This document shows positions 48,354 to 53,799 of a DNA stretch of 53,799 nt, in pieces; the first letter of the stretch is position 1, and each line of letters begins with the position of its first letter. The position numbers and the translations under genes were made by a program. Under the pieces are notes generated by a model that ran no database searches, was not told the DNA's origin, and saw only the letters and a program-made list of their open reading frames with translations. The stretch is taken from positions 1-53,799 of IMG/VR virus record IMGVR_UViG_3300047472_000142. One strand, written 5' to 3'. The stretch is from a virus.

Positions 48354-49397
48354 TTATAGGCCTGCACGCTCGAATGCCGCCGGCTCAAGGTCTTTCAGCT
48401 GCTGCAAAGTGAGGGTCCTGCCGTTGTCGTCCACGAACTTATCCAGGGTTAACTCGCCCTTCGTGAAAAGCTCGTAACGATTCGGCCCCAGCACATCGCG
48501 CTGAAACGATGCTGGCTGTCGGTGTAGCCATTCCTGATAGGTGGTCTTGCTCGATACCAGCTCGACCCCATCCGGCCCAACAGCGGGGCGCGTGGAGCCT
48601 TTGATCTCTCGGGCGTATTCCGCCTTGAGCACTGGCGCGGTGGCTGTCCTGCAATTCCAGTGGAAAGGAGGCTTTGGCGCGTCGAACGGGAACACTTTCT
48701 GATCCACCTGGCGGCAGAACGGTGAGGTTTTCCCGTCCAGAGTGGCAATCGCTCGCCACCCGTCAAGGATGTCGTCGTTGGCCTTCAGCACTTCCATGCG
48801 TGCCGTCGACGCGACGTGGTTGGTCATGGTTCGAACCAGTGCCGACGCCTGATCCTGCTGCATCTGGTGCACGCTCGCGAGGCGCCCGCCTATCTGCTGG
48901 CTGGTCTCGCCCAGTGCAGAGCCGATCTGGATCTCGCCGATAATCTCGGCCGCCTTCTTGGTCCCGAACTGGTCGAGCGCGCCGCTGATGCTGATCCGTT
49001 GCAGCCCCTTGCGCGCTTCCAGCTCCAGGGGATCGGCCAGCGCAGCCGCGGCGACCACATCAGGCGCTGGGACATTGAACTGAACAACCGCCTTGACCGC
49101 CTTTCCGAGCATGGTCACGTTGAATTCAGCCTCGTAGGCGCTGAAGTCGGTCAGGTCCATGATGACCTGGCCCTTCATGTCGCCGTAGATGGCCGCCAGA
49201 TCGCCGGACAGCGCGTTAATCTGCGAGGCATACCGCTTGGTGCCGTAGGCGCTTAATCCAGCCGCTACGCGCTCCTTGGCGGTGTCGATGGCCTTGCTGA
49301 TGAACTTCGCTGCCCGCTTCAGGTTGCCGCTGGCATAGCGCTGGACGTAGATCTGGTGACGGGTTGCTGCATCGACCAGAAAGCCCTGGGCACTCAT
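48354..49397 (-). CDS. head morphogenesis protein (Mu F / SPP1 gp7 family)
   Basis: PFHWNCRT motif. ATGA overlap with the portal gene. Confidence 0.75.
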   Translation of the reverse strand: MSAQGFLVDAATRHQIYVQRYASGNLKRAAKFISKAIDTAKERVAAGLSAYGTKRYASQINALSGDLAAIYGDMKGQVIMDLTDFSAYEAEFNVTMLGKAVKAVVQFNVPAPDVVAAAALADPLELEARKGLQRISISGALDQFGTKKAAEIIGEIQIGSALGETSQQIGGRLASVHQMQQDQASALVRTMTNHVASTARMEVLKANDDILDGWRAIATLDGKTSPFCRQVDQKVFPFDAPKPPFHWNCRTATAPVLKAEYAREIKGSTRPAVGPDGVELVSSKTTYQEWLHRQPASFQRDVLGPNRYELFTKGELTLDKFVDDNGRTLTLQQLKDLEPAAFERAGL

Positions 49398-50809
49398 ATA
49401 ACGCTACCGACCACCGGAGCAGCCGCCTCGATGTCGTCGTCGATGTCTTCGTCGGAGCGATCAGCCTCGATCGTGCCGGACTGGCGCAGGTTAGTGCGAA
49501 GGTCTTTCTTGGCAATGACGCCCTGCTGCCACAACTGGACTTGCGCCAGGATGTCCTGAGCTGTCATCACCTCGTCGAAGAATGCCTGATTGAGCCAGAA
49601 CACGGTGTCCTTCTCGTTCGGCTCGCCAATCATGAAGCGCTCAGCGTCCAGGATGGCCCGGTGCAGCGCCTCGGAGACGTTGCCGGCCACGGTGCCCAAG
49701 ATCGAATTGTCCGAGCTGTACCGGATGCGCGCCGCCTCGGCCGTCTCGTTGCCACCGCCCTGCTGGACGATGCGAGCGCCGATCATGACCATCTGGTCTT
49801 GCTTGTCGCGCATCAGCTCAAGGGACAGCTGCGTCTCCTTGGCCTGTACCAGCGATGCGCTGCCGGTCTTGCCGAGGTTATAACCGCGGCGACTGCCGAT
49901 GCGCATTCCATTAGGGTTGAGCTTTACGAACTCATCTGGGGAAATATCCGTGGTCAGGAATAGCGTCGGCTGGCTGCTGATGAAACCCGACTCTTCCACC
50001 GTGGCCGAGTTGCCATAATGCAGGATGTTCACGTCGGCCAGGTCTTCGAGCGGCGACTTGTCGATCTCGGCGTCGTTGTTCTCGGAGCCGAAGAAGCTGA
50101 ATGGGATGTGGTCGAATGGCTTCCCGTCCTTGTCAGTCGGCATGTTGTCGGCTGGCGTAGGGTCGCCTTCCTTGTACAGGCGCTGAATGTATTGCCCGTC
50201 GATCAGCAGCAGAACGCGATTCTGCTTTTCTACCTCGCGGGACAGCTGAGCAGCGTCGAACTTCGACACGCATTCCTGCAGGTTGACGTAGACCAGGCGC
50301 TTCACGCCGTCGATAACCTGCTCGTCCCAGTCGATGATCGACTCGGCGCCGTAGAAGTGGATCAGGGCCTTCTGCTTGGCCGCATCCGCCACGGATGAGA
50401 CGCCGCTGGCTGCCACAACCTTCGGGTAATCGACCAGGAAGCCGCCGCGTCCGGTGTCCAGGCACTCACCGACCGCCTTCTTCGACAGTTGCTCAAGGCT
50501 GGTACCGTCGCCGCTGGCGTTCTCTTGTAGATATTCAACTTCGGTCGGCAGCTTCAGTTCGGCAGTCTTGCGGAAGACGGCGCCCAGTAGGCCGGCCCGG
50601 GTGCGCCCGGTGACGTTGAGGAACATCGCCCGCTTCTTGAGCTGCTTGTACCGAGCTTGGTTCTCCGGGGAATTGTCCGTCGGATCTGGCATCGGCAGGT
50701 ATTCGTCGTGCTTGCGCACCTCGCGCGCGCCCTTGACGCATCGCTTCACCAGAAGCCAGCCAGGCAAGGCGTCGGAATATTCCTTCCGGGTGTCGCTGTA
50801 ATTCGCCAT
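49394..50809 (-). CDS. portal protein
   Basis: 471 aa, lying between the terminase and the MuF-like gene. Confidence 0.8.
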   Translation of the reverse strand: MANYSDTRKEYSDALPGWLLVKRCVKGAREVRKHDEYLPMPDPTDNSPENQARYKQLKKRAMFLNVTGRTRAGLLGAVFRKTAELKLPTEVEYLQENASGDGTSLEQLSKKAVGECLDTGRGGFLVDYPKVVAASGVSSVADAAKQKALIHFYGAESIIDWDEQVIDGVKRLVYVNLQECVSKFDAAQLSREVEKQNRVLLLIDGQYIQRLYKEGDPTPADNMPTDKDGKPFDHIPFSFFGSENNDAEIDKSPLEDLADVNILHYGNSATVEESGFISSQPTLFLTTDISPDEFVKLNPNGMRIGSRRGYNLGKTGSASLVQAKETQLSLELMRDKQDQMVMIGARIVQQGGGNETAEAARIRYSSDNSILGTVAGNVSEALHRAILDAERFMIGEPNEKDTVFWLNQAFFDEVMTAQDILAQVQLWQQGVIAKKDLRTNLRQSGTIEADRSDEDIDDDIEAAAPVVGSVI

Positions 50810-50817
50810 GGATGGCC

Positions 50818-52119
50818 TCAGAAGGTGAATGTGACGGGGATATGAGTGATCGGCCTGTTGATCGGGTAGTCGTGATGGATGAAATAACCGCCGGCGTCGT
50901 TCGCGTGGTCCACGCCGGACTTTTTGTCAGGCTCGCCGTTAGCTGCCCATACCTGTTGCTCGATGCCGTCCGCATATGTCGGGCAGCGCAGGGGATTGAT
51001 CAGATACCGGCGCTCGCCATTGGCATTGCAGAACATGGCGTTCATGGCGTTGATGCGATCCTTCACCGGCGGGTTGGAGTCCGGCGCGATCACGCTGAAT
51101 CCAGCCTGGCGAAGGATGGCGATATCGGTCTCGCTGGCATTCACTGACTTGCGTGATCCGCCCGAGGCGTCCGGATAGATCCGGATTTCGCAGGTTTTCT
51201 CGTAGTCGTTGCCGTTGTGCCGCCAGTAGCGTTCCTTGATGCGCCGGATCATGTCCGGAGTGTCAAAGCCGTCGATCAGCTCATCCACTGCCCGGGGCTT
51301 GTCATCGGCGCGCTTGACGTGCGTGATCGCCGCCATCTTGCCGACGTTGAAGTCCATGCCGATATACAGCGGCTCGCCCGGCTCTACGGTGTCGAAACAG
51401 GCGTTCAGCTTCCTGTCGTAGGCGTGATAGATCGACCCGGCATTCAGGTTGACGAACTGGCCGTTCAGATAAGCCAGGATCAGCTGCGGCGGGTACGACT
51501 CCATCAGTGATGGGATGTAGTCGGCAGGCAGGTTCAGTTCGTTGTCGAACGTGCTGGCCTGAACCAGCCCATACATGCCCTTCAGTGCCGGCTTCTCGCG
51601 TAGCTGCTTCACGAACTGCTGATACACGAACTTGAACCCCTCGGGGGTCGTCGTTACGTCCACGCCGTTCTTCAGGCCCTGCTCGTTGTAACGCATCCGG
51701 GCAATGATCTTGCGCCAGGCGTGCTCGGCCTTGAGTTTCGGAAGAACATCGAGCTCATCGACCAAGGCATGCCCAATCTTGAAGCCGACAATGGTCTGCG
51801 GCTTCTCCATGGAGCGGCAAATAGTCGTGCTGCGGTACTGGCCGCCGCTGTAGAACTCGACTTCCTTGTCGCTCTCCTTCGTCTTGACCTTCAGGCCCCA
51901 GTCGAAGGCGACTTCCTCGATGGTCGGAAAGAAGATGTCGCGGATCTGCGGATAAGTCGGGGCGAAGTAGCCGGAGTTGATCCGGGGCCACTCCCATACG
52001 TGCTTGCACAGTGCCGCGCAGCCTACCCACGTCTTGCCCGAGCCGAAGCCAGCCACAAATCCGCGAAACTTGGTATCCATTCGCAGGAAGCTGGCCTGGG
52101 GAACGTTAAGGCTCGGCAT
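50818..52119 (-). CDS. terL: terminase large subunit
   Basis: Walker A GFGSGKT near the N-terminus. 433 aa. Confidence 0.85.
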   Translation of the reverse strand: MPSLNVPQASFLRMDTKFRGFVAGFGSGKTWVGCAALCKHVWEWPRINSGYFAPTYPQIRDIFFPTIEEVAFDWGLKVKTKESDKEVEFYSGGQYRSTTICRSMEKPQTIVGFKIGHALVDELDVLPKLKAEHAWRKIIARMRYNEQGLKNGVDVTTTPEGFKFVYQQFVKQLREKPALKGMYGLVQASTFDNELNLPADYIPSLMESYPPQLILAYLNGQFVNLNAGSIYHAYDRKLNACFDTVEPGEPLYIGMDFNVGKMAAITHVKRADDKPRAVDELIDGFDTPDMIRRIKERYWRHNGNDYEKTCEIRIYPDASGGSRKSVNASETDIAILRQAGFSVIAPDSNPPVKDRINAMNAMFCNANGERRYLINPLRCPTYADGIEQQVWAANGEPDKKSGVDHANDAGGYFIHHDYPINRPITHIPVTFTF

Positions 52120-52567
52120 CAGGCTTCCTCGCGTCCACTACGTCGACCTGCACCCGAGTAGGCGCCAGATTGTCATGTGGGTTTTCGCTCTTGGTCTGGC
52201 GATTCACGTAGACATCGCCGACCTCTTTGGCTGCCTGCTCGAGCAATTGAGCAGTCAGCGCCATGTTCTTCATGCTCTCGGCTTTCTCAGCCATGCGGCC
52301 CAGCGCCCGAAGTCGATACGCACGGTTGGCGATCGGGATCTCGGCGGTTTCTTCACGGAAGCGCTTGCGTGTGTCGTGGAACAGGGTCGCCCACTTTGCA
52401 GCAAGCCCCTTCCCGGCTTTCTTGGTTGGGTCGTGCGTCTCTACCTGCTGACGGCTCACAACCAGCCCATATTCAGTCTTGACGGACTCCACGACCTGGG
52501 ACGGTGTGTCGAAGCACGCCAGGGCCTGAACGATGAAGCTCTTCACCTCATTTTTCAGGACTGCCAT
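52106..52567 (-). CDS. terS: terminase small subunit candidate (DUF2280-like)
   Basis: 153 aa. Its end overlaps terL by 14 nt. Confidence 0.6.
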   Translation of the reverse strand: MAVLKNEVKSFIVQALACFDTPSQVVESVKTEYGLVVSRQQVETHDPTKKAGKGLAAKWATLFHDTRKRFREETAEIPIANRAYRLRALGRMAEKAESMKNMALTAQLLEQAAKEVGDVYVNRQTKSENPHDNLAPTRVQVDVVDARKPDAEP

Positions 52568-52598
52568 AAATTCTCATCCGTCTAGTGCCTGTCAATAA

Positions 52599-53222
52599 TC
52601 AGGCCGACTTGAGCAGACAGGTTCCGCAGGCCCTCGATATGTTCAATTTCCCCACCTCGGCAGGCTTGTTCGCAGCGTCAACTAACTCCTGCACATCAGG
52701 GCTCGCACCGTACCGGCGAACCACACCGACGAACTCTTCGACGTCATGGCCGCGCAACTCCAGCTTCGGCAATCCTTCCTGCGTGAACTTGGGGGCACCG
52801 TACTGATCCTTCGCCTGGGCGATGTGGTACAGCTCATGTTCGACCAGCGCGCAGAAGTCAGCGTAGGAGCACTGGGCGCAGTAATCGGCAGCCAGGGTGA
52901 TGATGTAGGTCGGCACATCGCCGAACCAATCCATCATTTGCTGTTCCATCCGGGCCTTCTGCCAGCCACCCGCACGGAAAGCCACTTGCTCGGCCTGGCC
53001 AACCACCGTGCGCCCCTTCTTGCTGAATGCAGCAGACGCCCACATCACACGAATGTCAGCTTCGATCAGATGAGCGTGGTCTTCGTTGTGGATGCTGCCG
53101 GTGTCGGAAAGGATCTCGGTCTGGAGCCAATCCCATACCTCCGGGGCCGGAGTCAGGCGGATACTAAAGTCGGATAGCTCGGACAGTTCAAGTAGTGATG
53201 ATGGAGGGTATGGCCTTTCCAT
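52599..53222 (-). CDS. putative phage metallopeptidase (HExxH)
   Basis: Start MERPYPP with GAGAGAGGG upstream. VEHELYHI motif. Confidence 0.55.
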   Translation of the reverse strand: MERPYPPSSLLELSELSDFSIRLTPAPEVWDWLQTEILSDTGSIHNEDHAHLIEADIRVMWASAAFSKKGRTVVGQAEQVAFRAGGWQKARMEQQMMDWFGDVPTYIITLAADYCAQCSYADFCALVEHELYHIAQAKDQYGAPKFTQEGLPKLELRGHDVEEFVGVVRRYGASPDVQELVDAANKPAEVGKLNISRACGTCLLKSA

Positions 53223-53245
53223 AAACCCTCTCTCGACTAGTTTTT

Positions 53246-53701
53246 TTACACGTACGTACAAAGAACCTTTGCAGCAATGTAGCCAGTGAAGCCGAGCAGC
53301 AAAGTCATATTTCTCAACTGGTAGTAGATCTCTGTTAGGCGAGCCACATGCCTTAATTCAGGAATAACTATTACAGCCTTTGCGTGATCGCTTGTTTCTT
53401 GGGCATGGAGAAAATCACTATTGGCCCTCCTTGCCCTCAACACAGCCTCAATACGCTTGAAACCCAAATACGCGCTCAGCCCTAGGATCAAAAGTGAGCA
53501 TAGAAACATCGTTGAAATGTTCCAGCCCAAATGCCCGAAGGGGATGGTCTGACCCAGGTAAGCGCAGCCGGCCAATGTCGCACCCAACACAAAACGATCA
53601 AACTGCCCCATCTCTTCGTTGTGGCTTTGATGCAACAAAACACTTCGTTGATCCGCTCCCATACCCACATTCCTTAATTTCAGTGATATTTCCCTTGCCA
53701 T
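53246..53701 (-). CDS. three-TM membrane protein (partner of the PLD gene across the junction)
   Basis: 151 aa. TM segments FVLGATLAGCAYLGQTI, ISTMFLCSLLILGLSAYLGF and MTLLLGFTGYIAAKVLCTYV. AT-rich. Confidence 0.6.
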   Translation of the reverse strand: MAREISLKLRNVGMGADQRSVLLHQSHNEEMGQFDRFVLGATLAGCAYLGQTIPFGHLGWNISTMFLCSLLILGLSAYLGFKRIEAVLRARRANSDFLHAQETSDHAKAVIVIPELRHVARLTEIYYQLRNMTLLLGFTGYIAAKVLCTYV

Positions 53702-53799
53702 ATTTCACGGTAACGCAGCGCCGAGCGGTTCACTGCACTCACCTGCCGCACACCTACCCCACCATCTTTGCCGTCTCGCTATGAGCCTGCCCGTGCAAC
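53673..53799. repeat. terminal direct repeat identical to 1..127
   Basis: Exact 127-nt identity with the window start. Confidence 0.95.

Overview
The window is one complete, circularly assembled temperate phage genome. The first 127 nt are identical to the last 127 nt, so the unique length is 53,672 bp. It is high-GC and lambdoid in layout; a Pseudomonas-like gammaproteobacterial host is an inference only.

Gene layout:
- Immunity region: cro (8294..8500, -), three palindromic operators, then cI (8609..9475, +).
- Early-right and late genes all run on the minus strand and wrap through the contig junction. In order: two RHH regulators, a Rha/KilAC protein, an O-like initiator with internal iteron-like repeats, NinB, NinG, a Q-position gene, terminator-flanked morons, a lambda S-type holin, a small membrane protein, and a PLD-family protein. 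After the junction come a membrane protein, a metallopeptidase, TerS, TerL, portal, MuF-like protein, scaffold, capsid, connectors, major tail protein, G/GT chaperones, tape measure, tip proteins and J, an SGNH tailspike, and a GH19 endolysin.
- The plus strand carries cI with three small cargo genes. A second operator pair (OL-like) then drives a PL7-like lyase gene, RecT, a YqaJ exonuclease, a PAPS-reductase-like gene, a C5 methyltransferase, xis and int. attP contains a tRNA 3' fragment.

Most notable observations:
1. A 4.8-kb low-GC island sits between the tail chaperone GT and the tape measure. It holds a P22 immI-like arc/ant/mnt module with a candidate sar-like antisense RNA, a zeta-like kinase pair, a retropepsin-like protease and a superinfection-immunity protein.
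2. The S-type holin is split by a frameshift in a GC-dinucleotide run. The endolysin lies far away behind two terminators, and I could not recognise any spanin.
3. A single-HKD PLD protein plus a 3-TM partner occupy the lysis-cassette position across the contig junction.
4. A near-consensus LexA box sits upstream of a coiled-coil gene next to attP.
5. A 121-nt multi-helix element closed by a 20-bp stem lies in the early-left operon.
6. A PAPS-reductase-like gene and a long Dcm gene share a 17-nt leader repeat.
7. Several opposite-strand AT-rich orphan cassettes are present.

All family assignments come from motif recognition by eye. No database search was run.
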